Shown one piece after another: positions 1 to 9,663 of a DNA stretch of 44,854 bases. The stretch lies in contig REDG01000022.1 of the NCBI GenBank assembly GCA_007693605.1, positions 1 through 44,854 on the forward strand, read 5' to 3'. The stretch is from Bradymonadales bacterium (GTDB taxonomy: Bacteria; Bdellovibrionota; UBA2394). The notes beneath the pieces are model-generated. The model searched no databases. It saw only the letters and a list, made by a program, of their open reading frames with translations, and was not told the DNA's origin. The number at the start of each line of letters is the position of its first letter. Positions within the stretch are counted from its first letter, which is position 1. A program made the translations under genes and the position numbers.

Positions 1-1058
1 ATTCCCAGATCTACCCCAAAGACTTGAGCCAGAAAGACGGTCGCGACCCCCTGATAGAGAGAAGTTCCCGTCATATTGATGGTGGCTCCCAAGGGAATCA
101 CAAACTGAGAGATTGACGGTCGTACCTGAAAACGATCTTCAGCCGTTTTTATACTCAGTGGCATGACTGCTGCTGAACTAGAGGTCGAGAAGGCCAGCAG
201 AAGCAACTCCCTCATGTCACGAAGAAAAACCCAAGCGGCTCTCCGAATCACAAGCTGCACGAATAAGAGATAGCCTCCCATCAAAATCAGAAGGCCAAGA
301 AGCACACAGGCCACATAGGCCGATAAGCCCACCAGGGCCTCGAAGCCCACTCGAAACACGGCTTGGCTCATCAATCCAAAAACCGCCAAGGGAGCCAGTC
401 TCATCGCCCCCTTCACCACGACCATGCAGACTTCTTGGATGGCGGCAAACAGGCTGAGAAGAAGTGCGCTTTGATCGCGTCTCAACGACAAGAGTGCAAT
501 TCCCACCACAGCGGAAAAGAAAACAACCGGAAGCATTTCAAACTCGATCATTGAACTCAAAGGATTCGAAGGAATGATTCTAAAAATCAGTTGAGGCAGA
601 CTCTCCATGGGGGCGCCTACCTCAGGGCTCGCTTCCTCTGGTGGGAGGCTCTTTCCGTGGATGAAATGGCCAGGACCAATCAGCAGACAAAGGCCAATTC
701 CGATACAAATGGAAAGAATGGTCGCAGTGACAAAAAAGAAAACTGACTTTAGGCCGATCGATTTAAGTTGTTCTAGATTGTCGCTGGCCGATATTCCTCT
801 CACAATGGACGCCATCACAAGTGGGATTACAATCATCTGAATTAGAGCCAGAAAGATTTGCCCGGGTAGGGCAATCCACTCGACGAGGGCCTTGGCATTG
901 TTATACTCGACCCAATTAATTTCAGGGCTCAGCGCTAGCCCCATCAATACTCCCAGAAACATGCCCACCAGAACCTGTAGCCAAAGCCGTTCTCGAACTA
1001 GGCTTTTGAGATGACGACTCATGGCTTTTAGAGATTTTAGGGGTTCGAGGGCCTTCAT
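1..1058 (-). CDS. dicarboxylate/amino acid:cation symporter (DAACS/GltP family), 3' end runs off the window
   Basis: Absent from the ORF track (no stop inside the window). Manual translation from ATG 1058: MKALEPLKSLKAMSRHLKSLVRERLWLQVLVGMFLG... AFSTSSSAAVMP ... VIPLGATINMTGTSLYQGVA, the HP1 and TM7 motifs of the family. Confidence 0.9.
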   Translation of the reverse strand, partial: MKALEPLKSLKAMSRHLKSLVRERLWLQVLVGMFLGVLMGLALSPEINWVEYNNAKALVEWIALPGQIFLALIQMIVIPLVMASIVRGISASDNLEQLKSIGLKSVFFFVTATILSICIGIGLCLLIGPGHFIHGKSLPPEEASPEVGAPMESLPQLIFRIIPSNPLSSMIEFEMLPVVFFSAVVGIALLSLRRDQSALLLSLFAAIQEVCMVVVKGAMRLAPLAVFGLMSQAVFRVGFEALVGLSAYVACVLLGLLILMGGYLLFVQLVIRRAAWVFLRDMRELLLLAFSTSSSAAVMPLSIKTAEDRFQVRPSISQFVIPLGATINMTGTSLYQGVATVFLAQVFGVDLG

Positions 1059-1137
1059 TCTGAGCTGAGCCTAGCAGGCCAAAAAACCAAAAATAAAGCC
1101 TCTGGCCCCAGTATTCTGAATTGTGTATGAGAGGGGG

Positions 1138-2421
1138 ATGTTCAGAACGCTAAGCAATTTCGGATTTTTGAGTCTTATCCTTTGCTTTGGGCTCGGTCTC
1201 GAGCTTTTGGCACAGAGGACCAACGCTCAAGTTAGGTCGCCGGGCACCGAGGATTTTTTTGAGGGGGGGCAGAGGGTCTTTCCCCGAAGTGTTCAGCAGG
1301 GGAGCCCCCGAGCCGATCGACTGGTTTTAGATGTCAACACACAAGCCCCAGAGGACTATCCCGTCGGGCCGGGGGATCAGTATCTGGTGAATTTTTGGGG
1401 AAGAGTCGAGGACAATATTCTTGTAAGCATCAATTCAGAAGGGGTTTTGTTCATTCCTCGGATTGGGGTGATTGACACCGATGGGATGAACTATGGGGAG
1501 CTTCGAGCGGCTATGGAAAAGGCGATCGGAGATTCTTTGCGAGATGTTCAGTTTACGATTTCACTTTACCGACCCAGAGAATTTCGAGTTTTTGTGCTGG
1601 GCTCTGTCAATCGGCCAGGTCCCGTCAGGGCCTCTGCGACTTTGAGGGCGAGTGAGATCGTTGCGATGGCTGGGGGGATTCCTTCGATTGGTTCCAGTCA
1701 ATTCATCGAGCTCCGCCGAAGGGGAGAGGTTCAGCGAGTGGATCTCACTCGTTTTGCTTCTTTGGGGGATTTTTCTTTGAATCCTTTTGTGACTGACGGC
1801 GATGTCATTTTTGTTCCGAATCTTTCTGACTTTGTGACCATCACCGGAGCGGTGGTGTCTCCGGGCACCTTTGAGATTCGAGAGACACGAAATTTATCTG
1901 AGGTCATTCAACGACTTGGGGGCTTGAGTGTTTATGCCGATCGAGCCTCGCCTTTTCGTTTATCTCGTTTGCAATCGGATGGCACACGAACTCAGATTCA
2001 AGTCTTGCAAAGGGAAGATCAGAGAAGAACAGATCGTGAGGTTCTTTTGGAAAGTTTGGTTCTGCAAAACGGTGATGAAATTTTCATTCCGTCCACGCAG
2101 CTCTTGATTCCCTCGAAATCAAACTCGGTTTTTGTTACGGGAGCGGTCAGAGCGCCAGGAGCGAAGCCCTATCAGATATCGACCTCCGTCGAAGAGTATA
2201 TTGGGTTTGCAGGCGGCCTCACAGAGCGAGCCAATTTCTCTAGTGCGGTGGTCTATAAAGCCGACGGCTCAAGCATTCGACTGAGTCCTAGGTTGTCTGT
2301 AGAGCCCGGGGATACGATCTATATTCCAGAAAAGACATTTAAGTTCTGGCAAGATCATGTATCCCTGGTGTCCACCTTTATATTGCTTGCCACGCAGATT
2401 ATCGTATTTTCGGGTCGTTAA
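1138..2421 (+). CDS. polysaccharide export protein with SLBB repeats (Wza/KpsD-like)
   Basis: Signal peptide; DYPVGPGD poly_export motif; repeated V.G.V..PG SLBB units. ATG 1138 follows GAGGGGG (track start 1123 is a GTG). Confidence 0.85.
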   Translation: MFRTLSNFGFLSLILCFGLGLELLAQRTNAQVRSPGTEDFFEGGQRVFPRSVQQGSPRADRLVLDVNTQAPEDYPVGPGDQYLVNFWGRVEDNILVSINSEGVLFIPRIGVIDTDGMNYGELRAAMEKAIGDSLRDVQFTISLYRPREFRVFVLGSVNRPGPVRASATLRASEIVAMAGGIPSIGSSQFIELRRRGEVQRVDLTRFASLGDFSLNPFVTDGDVIFVPNLSDFVTITGAVVSPGTFEIRETRNLSEVIQRLGGLSVYADRASPFRLSRLQSDGTRTQIQVLQREDQRRTDREVLLESLVLQNGDEIFIPSTQLLIPSKSNSVFVTGAVRAPGAKPYQISTSVEEYIGFAGGLTERANFSSAVVYKADGSSIRLSPRLSVEPGDTIYIPEKTFKFWQDHVSLVSTFILLATQIIVFSGR

Positions 2422-2424
2422 AAT

Positions 2425-3021
2425 ATGAGATGGATGCAAGCCACTATCGTAGGCCTTCTTTTTAGTCTCGGTGCGACCCATGTAGAAGCCTCTTACTCTT
2501 TCCGTCAGAGGGATCGAATTGTCGAATTTGGATTGTATTACCCCATCACTCAGCTGAAGCCTAACTTCTCTCGCAGAAACCGAGGCGGCGCCGCCGGCGT
2601 TCATGTTCACTATCAATTTTTCGTGCATCGGAATTTTGCCTTCAGCCTCTATCCAAATGTTTGGTTGGCCCCTCTGTGGTATCGCTCAGAGCCTTCAAGT
2701 AGTCGACAACGAGCCATGCTCTATTCGATGAACCTCGAAGTCGGTGGCGTGTTTCGGCCCTTTCCGGACAATTATTTTGACCCCAGTCTTTACTTAAGCT
2801 CAGGGGTCGCTCGTATGGATGCTGGCAGCGGGGTTGATGCACGGTGGGCTGTGCCGGTGACTTCTCGAATTGGCTTTAATCTTTGGAGGCAGATGGATCG
2901 CTTTAAGGATTACAATTTGGCCTTTCATGTCTACGGTGGGGCGCGATATCACCTTAGGGGGATTGAAGCCATTCGACCGCTGGTTTTTGATTTTGGAATC
3001 GCTTTTCGAGGAAGTTTTTAA
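2425..3021 (+). CDS. hypothetical outer-membrane beta-barrel protein
   Basis: Signal peptide, alternating aromatic/hydrophobic strands, C-terminal Phe (FGIAFRGSF); 3 bp after the upstream stop. Confidence 0.6.
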   Translation: MRWMQATIVGLLFSLGATHVEASYSFRQRDRIVEFGLYYPITQLKPNFSRRNRGGAAGVHVHYQFFVHRNFAFSLYPNVWLAPLWYRSEPSSSRQRAMLYSMNLEVGGVFRPFPDNYFDPSLYLSSGVARMDAGSGVDARWAVPVTSRIGFNLWRQMDRFKDYNLAFHVYGGARYHLRGIEAIRPLVFDFGIAFRGSF

Positions 3022-3026
3022 ACTCT

Positions 3027-4301
3027 CTAGTTGAGATGAACGCGTTTGGTCGGAGGCGAGTCTTTTTCGCGAATGTCGACCCGAACAATTCTAGTGAGAC
3101 CCTTCGGAAGCGCTGAAAACTGATTCAGAACCAAAACAAGGAATGTACTCAAAATCATTCCGAGCAAAAAGCCGAGCACCGTGTTCAGTCGTTTATTAGG
3201 AGCAACGGGGATAAGGCCCTCCACGGGGGGGTCAATCAATTGAAAAACAGGCTCTGATCTCTTGGTTTCAATGCGAGCGACTTCAAGCTGGCGGCTCAGA
3301 AGTTCAATCAGGCTGACTTGAGTTTTATAAAGCCTCTCAGCATTTGCAAACTTAAACTGAAGTTCAGAGCTTTCATCCAAGGGCGTAAAGAGCTCTAGCA
3401 TTTTTTCCGCGTCCGTCTCAGAAGTGCCACTGCCTCGGATGAGGCGCCGCAACTGGGCTTCCAACTGCTCCTTTTCTTGGGTCAGCCGCCGCACTTCGCT
3501 AGAATCTCTCATTACATTTTTATAAAGCTCAATTTGCATTTCTTTTTCAATGATCTGAGATCGCAGATTGGTGGCGGTTCCCAAAGCAAAGTTGATTTGA
3601 GACGGAAGTTGAACGATGCCCAAATCCCTCTTCATCTCGAGATACTGGGCTTCTACCGTGGCTAGATTAGCCTCCACCTCTTCCAACCTCGCCTCAATGA
3701 AAAGCTCGGTCGAGCGCGCCTGAGTCAAAAGATTGCTTCGAATGTACTGCCTCAAAGCTTCCAAATAAAAATCTACGATGTCTCGAGCGACGATAGGATC
3801 TGGGTGGCGAAAAGAAAGTCGCAGTACTTCTCTTTCAGTTTCAATTCGAATCCCTCCTCGGAGGCTCCGGATCAGACCGTCTCTTGCTTTCAGCTCACCC
3901 CGAGGGTCCTCCCTGTCAATCTCCACTTCTAAACGAGACAGGAGTTCATTCTCATCCACAACATTGGAAGCAATTTGGCGGCTTTGAAGAATCTCCTGAT
4001 ACTTGATAATGGCCTGGCCGGGTCCCCCCAGCATCAAAAAAGTTCCAACGGGAGAGCTTTCCCCTAGATTCCGAAGCCCGGGGCTTGCAGAGGAATCCTT
4101 GGCTTCCATAATGACAGCGCGTGATTCAAACTGAGGGGTCAGTAAAAAAAAGCTTACCAGCGCGGCAATCAGGGCGAAGCCAAAAGCAGTTGTGGCAATC
4201 AAAAGCTTGTTTCGCCACAACAGAAGAATCACTTCTTTCAAGTCGATTTCATCGTTGGTGGGCCGGTAGACAGGACCCGAAGGGGGCAATTTAGATGTCA
4301 A
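3027..4301 (-). CDS. polysaccharide chain-length determinant / co-polymerase (Wzz/GumC family)
   Basis: DEIDL..LW N-terminus, TM1, periplasmic coiled coil, IDPP...P.APNK motif, TM2; no kinase domain. Confidence 0.85.
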   Translation of the reverse strand: MTSKLPPSGPVYRPTNDEIDLKEVILLLWRNKLLIATTAFGFALIAALVSFFLLTPQFESRAVIMEAKDSSASPGLRNLGESSPVGTFLMLGGPGQAIIKYQEILQSRQIASNVVDENELLSRLEVEIDREDPRGELKARDGLIRSLRGGIRIETEREVLRLSFRHPDPIVARDIVDFYLEALRQYIRSNLLTQARSTELFIEARLEEVEANLATVEAQYLEMKRDLGIVQLPSQINFALGTATNLRSQIIEKEMQIELYKNVMRDSSEVRRLTQEKEQLEAQLRRLIRGSGTSETDAEKMLELFTPLDESSELQFKFANAERLYKTQVSLIELLSRQLEVARIETKRSEPVFQLIDPPVEGLIPVAPNKRLNTVLGFLLGMILSTFLVLVLNQFSALPKGLTRIVRVDIREKDSPPTKRVHLN

Positions 4302-4392
4302 TTCAGCACCTGCGTTTCCATCCCCTAGAGCTTAGCATGGCCCCTGAATTCGACAAAATGGGGATTGCGTCGACTTGTAAGGCCAGAATAGG

Positions 4393-5436
4393 TTGAGAGA
4401 AGTGGCTGGAATCGATGAGAAGAGGCTTTACGATGTGATTTGCGTGGGAGGTGGCCCGGCGGGAATATCGCTTGCCGTCGAGTGTCAGACGATGGGTCTC
4501 GATCGCCAGGGGGTTCTGGTCTTGGAAAAAGGCCCCGAAATTATTCAGGCGATTCGACAGTTCTACCCAGATAAAAAAATGACCCTGGCCAACTACAAGA
4601 ACCTTCCGGTCGAAACCTTTGGGGTTTTAGAGAGCTTTCCCGATTTGACCAAATCCGAAACCCTCGATTATTTCGCCGATATCATTTCAAAGTATCAAAT
4701 CAACTATCACCTGAACTCGGAAGTTTCAAAGGTGACCCCCGAGAGGGACTATTTTCGGATTCAGGTGAACCAGGCAGAACTTCGTGCGAAGGTCTGCGCG
4801 ATTGGAATCGGCATTCTTGGACGCCCCAACAAGCCAGACTTCAAGCTACCCGTGAAGCTCAGAAAACAGATTCTTTTTGATTTGACCAGTCAACCCGTGA
4901 AAAATGAGAAGGTCTTGGTGGTCGGAGGTGGCGATACTTCTTCAGAGTACTGCCAGATTCTGTTTCAGGAAAACTGTGAACTGACGCTTTGCTACCGTTC
5001 GGAAGACTTCCATCGGATGATGCCAGTCAACCGTGAGGCCGTTTTGAAGATGGAAGCTTCGAAGCAGCTAAAAATTCTTCGAAGTTGTGAGATCCAAGAG
5101 ATCGTCGACGATGGGGGGCGACCCAAGGTGTTGTTTAAAAAACCGGAGCAGTTTCCTGCAGAGTCTTTTGACAAGATTATCTTCGCCATTGGTGGGAGCA
5201 CTCCCGTAAATTTTTTGAAAACGATGGGTTTAGAGTTTGACGAACAAAACTGGGTGAAAGTAGGCCCCGACGGCGAGACGAATATTCCCAATCTTTTTTT
5301 GATTGGAGACTTGGCGGTGAGCAAAACGGGGGGCTCGATTATCACGGCCTACAATTCTTCCTACCGAAGCGCGAAGCGCATTCTGCAGTCTTTGCTTCGA
5401 GATCGTGAACAGCAGCAGACTCAGGAGAGTCGGTGA
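4393..5436 (+). CDS. NAD(P)/FAD-dependent oxidoreductase, thioredoxin-reductase-like fold without a CxxC motif
   Basis: GGGPAG FAD motif, VVGGGD NADPH motif, ETNIPNLFLIGD motif. Confidence 0.85.
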   Translation: MREVAGIDEKRLYDVICVGGGPAGISLAVECQTMGLDRQGVLVLEKGPEIIQAIRQFYPDKKMTLANYKNLPVETFGVLESFPDLTKSETLDYFADIISKYQINYHLNSEVSKVTPERDYFRIQVNQAELRAKVCAIGIGILGRPNKPDFKLPVKLRKQILFDLTSQPVKNEKVLVVGGGDTSSEYCQILFQENCELTLCYRSEDFHRMMPVNREAVLKMEASKQLKILRSCEIQEIVDDGGRPKVLFKKPEQFPAESFDKIIFAIGGSTPVNFLKTMGLEFDEQNWVKVGPDGETNIPNLFLIGDLAVSKTGGSIITAYNSSYRSAKRILQSLLRDREQQQTQESR

Positions 5437-6167
5437 GGGCCGTGGATGCAGTCGAGAGAGTTCGACAGCATTACGATCAATACCCCTATCCCTATTACCC
5501 CTGGTACGCGCGGGCCCGGTGGCATCAGCTTGAATCGGTCGATTTTAAAAGTTGGAAAATCTCTCGCGGCGTAAGAGACGCGTGGATCGCCGGCTGTGGA
5601 AGCATCTCGCCTCTCATGTTTGGACGAAGAAACCCAAGTGTACGAATTGTGGCATCAGATCTTTCAGAAAAGAGTCTGAAGATCTTGGCGTGGAGACAGC
5701 TCCTTTACGGAATTCACAATGTCCTACGACGACAAGAGAATCTTCTAGAGTCTGACTACCACGAGGCTTTTGATGCCATTGATTGCTTTGGAGTTCTCCA
5801 TCATTTGCCAGACCCAAGTCAGGGCTTGCGAATTCTTGCCAAAGCCCTGAGGCCTCAGGGAGTTCTAAGGCTGATGCTCTACGATCGTGAGAAGAGAAAG
5901 GATCTCGAAAAGTGGAGGCAAGAACTCATAGAGAAGTCCATCTCTGATCTTGCAGAAGTGGATCGTTTTTTGAAAGAGAGAGGAATCGAAAGAACGGGGG
6001 ACTTGAGTAGTCAGGTTGGAATGGCCGACGCCCTTCTTCACCCTCTTGTTTGGACATACGACAGGGCAGAATTAGATCGACTTTTGAAATCGGTTCCAGA
6101 GTTAAGAGTGCGGGACATTCGAGATCAGTCGAACTTCGTTATCTTCTGTGAAAAGCTGGGCTCTTGA
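5433..6167 (+). CDS. class I SAM-dependent methyltransferase
   Basis: IAGCGS motif I, SDLS, FDAIDCFGVLHHL, LRPQGVL; GTGA overlap with the upstream gene. Confidence 0.8.
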   Translation: MRAVDAVERVRQHYDQYPYPYYPWYARARWHQLESVDFKSWKISRGVRDAWIAGCGSISPLMFGRRNPSVRIVASDLSEKSLKILAWRQLLYGIHNVLRRQENLLESDYHEAFDAIDCFGVLHHLPDPSQGLRILAKALRPQGVLRLMLYDREKRKDLEKWRQELIEKSISDLAEVDRFLKERGIERTGDLSSQVGMADALLHPLVWTYDRAELDRLLKSVPELRVRDIRDQSNFVIFCEKLGS

Positions 6168-6741
6168 GTTTCGAGTAAATGCGGATCTCAGAAGTGAAAA
6201 TCAGAGGAGAAACATCGAAGCCTTTACTCTCAGCCATTTGCACCAAATCTTCGATCAAGAGTTCATCGGGGTTTTCCTCGCGGGTCAGAATCCAGAGAAA
6301 TCTTCCTCGAGGTTCACTCACAATCGCAGCCTGGTAATCGGGATCGATATAGATCACCCAATAATTGCTTGAGAAGAGAGAGATAGGAAATCGAGAGAAT
6401 CGAAGCTTCAATTGACCGGGTTTCAGCGGATCAGGAAGCCAAGCTCGACCTTCCACAGATTTCCAGCTTCCGTCTTCCCTTAGACACTGATTCACCACCC
6501 CCAATTCCTCATTGGGGCGAAGCTCATATCGAGCCTGACTTTTGATGCAATCCTTTTGAAAACGGTTGGGCAGTCTAGCGGCCTCGAACCATCGGCCCGA
6601 GTATCGCTCTAAATCGAGTTCAGAGACGCTCTTCAGAGCCCGACTGGAGTCTCGATAGCTTCGTTGGCAGGCGCTTTGAAACATGAGAAGGGCAGTGACT
6701 AAAAACACAGAGAGGGCTGAAAGAATTCTGCGCTCACTCAT
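6139..6741 (-). CDS. blc: outer-membrane lipoprotein lipocalin
   Basis: Lipobox-like QSAC, LDLERYSGRWFE, YWVIYIDPDY and LWILTR lipocalin motifs. Confidence 0.85.
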   Translation of the reverse strand: MSERRILSALSVFLVTALLMFQSACQRSYRDSSRALKSVSELDLERYSGRWFEAARLPNRFQKDCIKSQARYELRPNEELGVVNQCLREDGSWKSVEGRAWLPDPLKPGQLKLRFSRFPISLFSSNYWVIYIDPDYQAAIVSEPRGRFLWILTREENPDELLIEDLVQMAESKGFDVSPLIFTSEIRIYSKLKSPAFHRR

Positions 6742-7187
6742 TCCGGCTCTTTATCTTTAATCGGAATCGAGATGACGGGTTCTTTAAACTCCTTTTTTTT
6801 GAAACGAATCTCGAGTTGACCCGGTTCAAACTGGGCTTGCGCCGTCGCCGCGACGACAGGAATCATGATCGGCAAGACTTGGTGTACGCGACCGACACCC
6901 GGAGAAACCGCATCGATCTGCAAGTTCCCATTCTCGTAGCCCACAAACAGGCTTCGCCTCTCGATTGGGGGCAAGGGCAAGCGAATCTTAATCTCTGACT
7001 CGGACTCCTGAACGGCGACTTGAATCGCCCCCTTCATCTGTTCCAAAGCCTGCTCTAAGACACGGGGGTCTGAAGCCATCTTCTTCAAGATGCTGCCCAA
7101 ACTGGGCTCAAAGCCCTTCTCGGGCCGCCCTTTGGCCTGTTTCTTAGGCCTTGGTCGAAATGGGATAATCTTTGCCACTGCACCCAA
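6738..7187 (-). CDS. small protein with a degenerate Hsp20/alpha-crystallin-like domain
   Basis: C-terminal AQAQFEPGQLEIRFKK...ISIPI resembles the alpha-crystallin A.y.nGvL.i and IxI motifs. Confidence 0.5.
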   Translation of the reverse strand: MGAVAKIIPFRPRPKKQAKGRPEKGFEPSLGSILKKMASDPRVLEQALEQMKGAIQVAVQESESEIKIRLPLPPIERRSLFVGYENGNLQIDAVSPGVGRVHQVLPIMIPVVAATAQAQFEPGQLEIRFKKKEFKEPVISIPIKDKEPE

Positions 7188-7315
7188 GATAGGACAGCAT
7201 TTTGGGAAGTCAACCCGATCCGCCTATTCCCTTTCTTTCGATATTCTGGCCCCTTCGACCTGAATTCGTATATTTCCAGCTGGGGAGCCGAATTTGTGCT
7301 ATAGAGTGGCCTGTT

Positions 7316-8014
7316 GTGAAATCCGTGGTTCTTCTTTTGAGTGGGGGTCTCGACTCGGCGGTTCTTCTGGCCGACTTGAAGTCTCAGGGCTTAGAGCTTT
7401 GGGCCTTGAATATTGATTACGGCCAAAGACACTCGCGTGAAACTCGCGCTGCCAAGAGATTGGCCGAGAAGTATTCGGTCCCTCTCTTTTCGTTGCAACT
7501 TCCGCAGCTGAGGCAGTTGATGGGGGGGAGCGCCCTCACTTCTGAAAGTATTCCGGTACCCGAGGGGCACTACCAAGAAGAAGTGATGAAGCAAACCGTC
7601 GTGCCGAATCGAAATATGGTCTTTCTCTCGTTAGCCGCTTCTTACGCCCTTTCGGTGAAAGCGGAAGGGGTCGCTTATGCCGCTCATTCGGGGGATCATC
7701 ATATCTATCCGGATTGCCGACCCGAATTCATTCAAAAAGTTTCAGAGGTCTTGAGGGTCTGCGATTGGCATTCCGTCGGCTTGCTGACACCCTATGCTCA
7801 GTTTTCGAAGGGAGAAATTCTAAAGAGGGGCATCGAGCTGGGGGTGCCGTTCGAAGAGACATGGAGCTGTTATCAAGGGGGGGCTGAGCCCTGCGGCCTT
7901 TGTGGAACTTGTGTCGAGAGGGCCGAGGCCTTTGCAGCCTGTGGGATTGAAGATCCGCTTCTCCGCTCAGATGATCAACTCACATTGAGAGAAAAGCGGC
8001 AGGGGCGACTTTGA
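7316..8014 (+). CDS. queC: 7-cyano-7-deazaguanine synthase
   Basis: LLSGGLDS PP-loop, VPNRN, YPDCRPEF, TWSCY...CGLCGTC zinc site. Likely start is GTG 7316, in frame with track ORF 7202. Confidence 0.95.
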   Translation: MKSVVLLLSGGLDSAVLLADLKSQGLELWALNIDYGQRHSRETRAAKRLAEKYSVPLFSLQLPQLRQLMGGSALTSESIPVPEGHYQEEVMKQTVVPNRNMVFLSLAASYALSVKAEGVAYAAHSGDHHIYPDCRPEFIQKVSEVLRVCDWHSVGLLTPYAQFSKGEILKRGIELGVPFEETWSCYQGGAEPCGLCGTCVERAEAFAACGIEDPLLRSDDQLTLREKRQGRL

Positions 8015-8409
8015 TGGCGTGGACTCTTGAGAAAGACTTTCGATTTGAAGCGAGCCATCAACTTCCGAAACATGATGGAAAGTGTGCTCGATTGCACGGG
8101 CATTCCTGGCGAGGCCGGTTGATTTGTCGGGGGCGGCAGTTGCAAGAGACTGGCCCTCACGAAGCGATGCTGATCGACTATTCTGAGATGAGAGGGGCAA
8201 TTCAGTCTCTACTAGAAGAAAAATTGGACCATTGGCATTTAAACGACAGCCTTAAAATGCAATCTCCCACTTCTGAGGCCATCGCCAAATGGATCTATGA
8301 TCAGGTGAAACCGAAGCTTCCGAGTTTGTTGGCCGTTGAGATTGAAGAGACTTGTACAAGTCGATGTCGGTATGAGCCCGAACTCATCTCTTCAGAAAGG
8401 GGCGCTTGA
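8014..8409 (+). CDS. queD: 6-carboxy-5,6,7,8-tetrahydropterin synthase
   Basis: FEASHQL, KCARLHGHSW, LDH..LND, PTSE, EET motifs. Confidence 0.95.
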   Translation: MAWTLEKDFRFEASHQLPKHDGKCARLHGHSWRGRLICRGRQLQETGPHEAMLIDYSEMRGAIQSLLEEKLDHWHLNDSLKMQSPTSEAIAKWIYDQVKPKLPSLLAVEIEETCTSRCRYEPELISSERGA

Positions 8410-9060
8410 ATGAAGCCAGAAGCGAGGCCTGGAGATTTAAAGTTGGTGGATTCGACACGAGCTTTAGGGACCTATCGAATCAACGAGGTCTTTTATAGCT
8501 TGCAGGGGGAGGGAATGAGAGCGGGCACGGCCAATATCTTTATCCGCTTCTCTGACTGTAATCTGCGCTGCAAGAAAGAGCGGGAAGGCTTTGATTGTGA
8601 TACCGAGTTTGTGTCTGGGGAGCTGTGGGATGTCCAGCGGCTGCTCTCATATTGTGAAAGTTTAAGCCCGTCGTGCCGGTCAGTGATCTTCACCGGAGGA
8701 GAGCCCGCGCTTCAATTGGACGAAGAACTGATTCGGCGCTTCAAATTGGCTGGATATTTTCTGGCGGTCGAAACCAACGGCACAAAAGAGCTTCCAGCTG
8801 GCTTAGATTGGATCTGTGTGTCTCCGAAGACGGCAGAACACTGTCTGCGGCAAAAAACGGCTCATGAAGTTAAGTATGTTCGAGCGGCGGGAATGGGCAT
8901 TCCAAAACCTCAAGTGCAGGCTGACTATTACCTTCTAAGTCCCGCATTTGAAGGGGACTTCGTTCCGAAAGAAAATCTAGACTGCTGCATTCAGCTTGTG
9001 AAAGAGAATCCAAAGTGGCGTTTGTCGGTACAGCAGCATAAAATCTGGTGCGTCCGCTAG
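8410..9060 (+). CDS. queE: 7-carboxy-7-deazaguanine synthase (radical SAM)
   Basis: EVFYSLQGEG, CNLRC...CDT, FTGGEP, ETNGT, VSPK, WRLSVQQHK. Confidence 0.93.
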   Translation: MKPEARPGDLKLVDSTRALGTYRINEVFYSLQGEGMRAGTANIFIRFSDCNLRCKKEREGFDCDTEFVSGELWDVQRLLSYCESLSPSCRSVIFTGGEPALQLDEELIRRFKLAGYFLAVETNGTKELPAGLDWICVSPKTAEHCLRQKTAHEVKYVRAAGMGIPKPQVQADYYLLSPAFEGDFVPKENLDCCIQLVKENPKWRLSVQQHKIWCVR

Positions 9061-9095
9061 CGAGCCGTTTAGTTTCAGGTAAAGCCTTGGCGAAA

Positions 9096-9653
9096 CTATA
9101 CTGGAACGACTTCTTTTACTTCTGGCACCAAGGTCTTTAGTCGACTCTCGACTCCCTCTTTCAAGGTCATCAGAGAAGAGGGACAGCCCGAGCAAGAGCC
9201 TTGCATTTTTAGATACACGACCCCCTCTTGAAAGCTTTCAAACTGAATGTCGCCGCCGTCCATTGCCACGGCTGGACGAACTTCCGCATTTAAAAAATCG
9301 ACAATCTTTTGTTCGACCTCTGAAAATGTTTGGTCAGTACTTTCTTGAATAGCACCGGGCTTCACCACGGGGCGCCCCTCTTTCAGGTGGGCGCGAATGC
9401 ATTCGGTAATCTTTTCGTTCAGTTCATGAAGTTCGTCTTGGCTCTGAAGACTCACGGTCACAAAGCCCGCCCCCAACATGACAGACTTAATGCCACCGAG
9501 TTGAAACAAGCTCTCTGCCAATTCAGATTTCTCTTTCGCTTCCTCTGCGCTCGACAGAAACAAAGTCCCTTTTGTTAAGATGCTCCGATTGACCAAATAC
9601 TTCAAACTGTCTGGGTTTGGAGTAAACTCTAGATCGACATAAATTTCACTCAT
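9096..9653 (-). CDS. NifU/Nfu family Fe-S cluster carrier
   Basis: TPNPDSLK N-terminal domain; RPAVAMDGGD...GSCSGCPSS..TLK.GVE. Confidence 0.93.
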   Translation of the reverse strand: MSEIYVDLEFTPNPDSLKYLVNRSILTKGTLFLSSAEEAKEKSELAESLFQLGGIKSVMLGAGFVTVSLQSQDELHELNEKITECIRAHLKEGRPVVKPGAIQESTDQTFSEVEQKIVDFLNAEVRPAVAMDGGDIQFESFQEGVVYLKMQGSCSGCPSSLMTLKEGVESRLKTLVPEVKEVVPV

Positions 9654-9663
9654 AGCGCCCTCT

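Noticed and set aside
7316..9060. queCDE as part of a dpd 7-deazaguanine DNA-modification defence system
   Set aside because: No dpdA/tgt-like or other dpd genes nearby; housekeeping context fits queuosine synthesis. No preQ1 riboswitch was seen upstream either.
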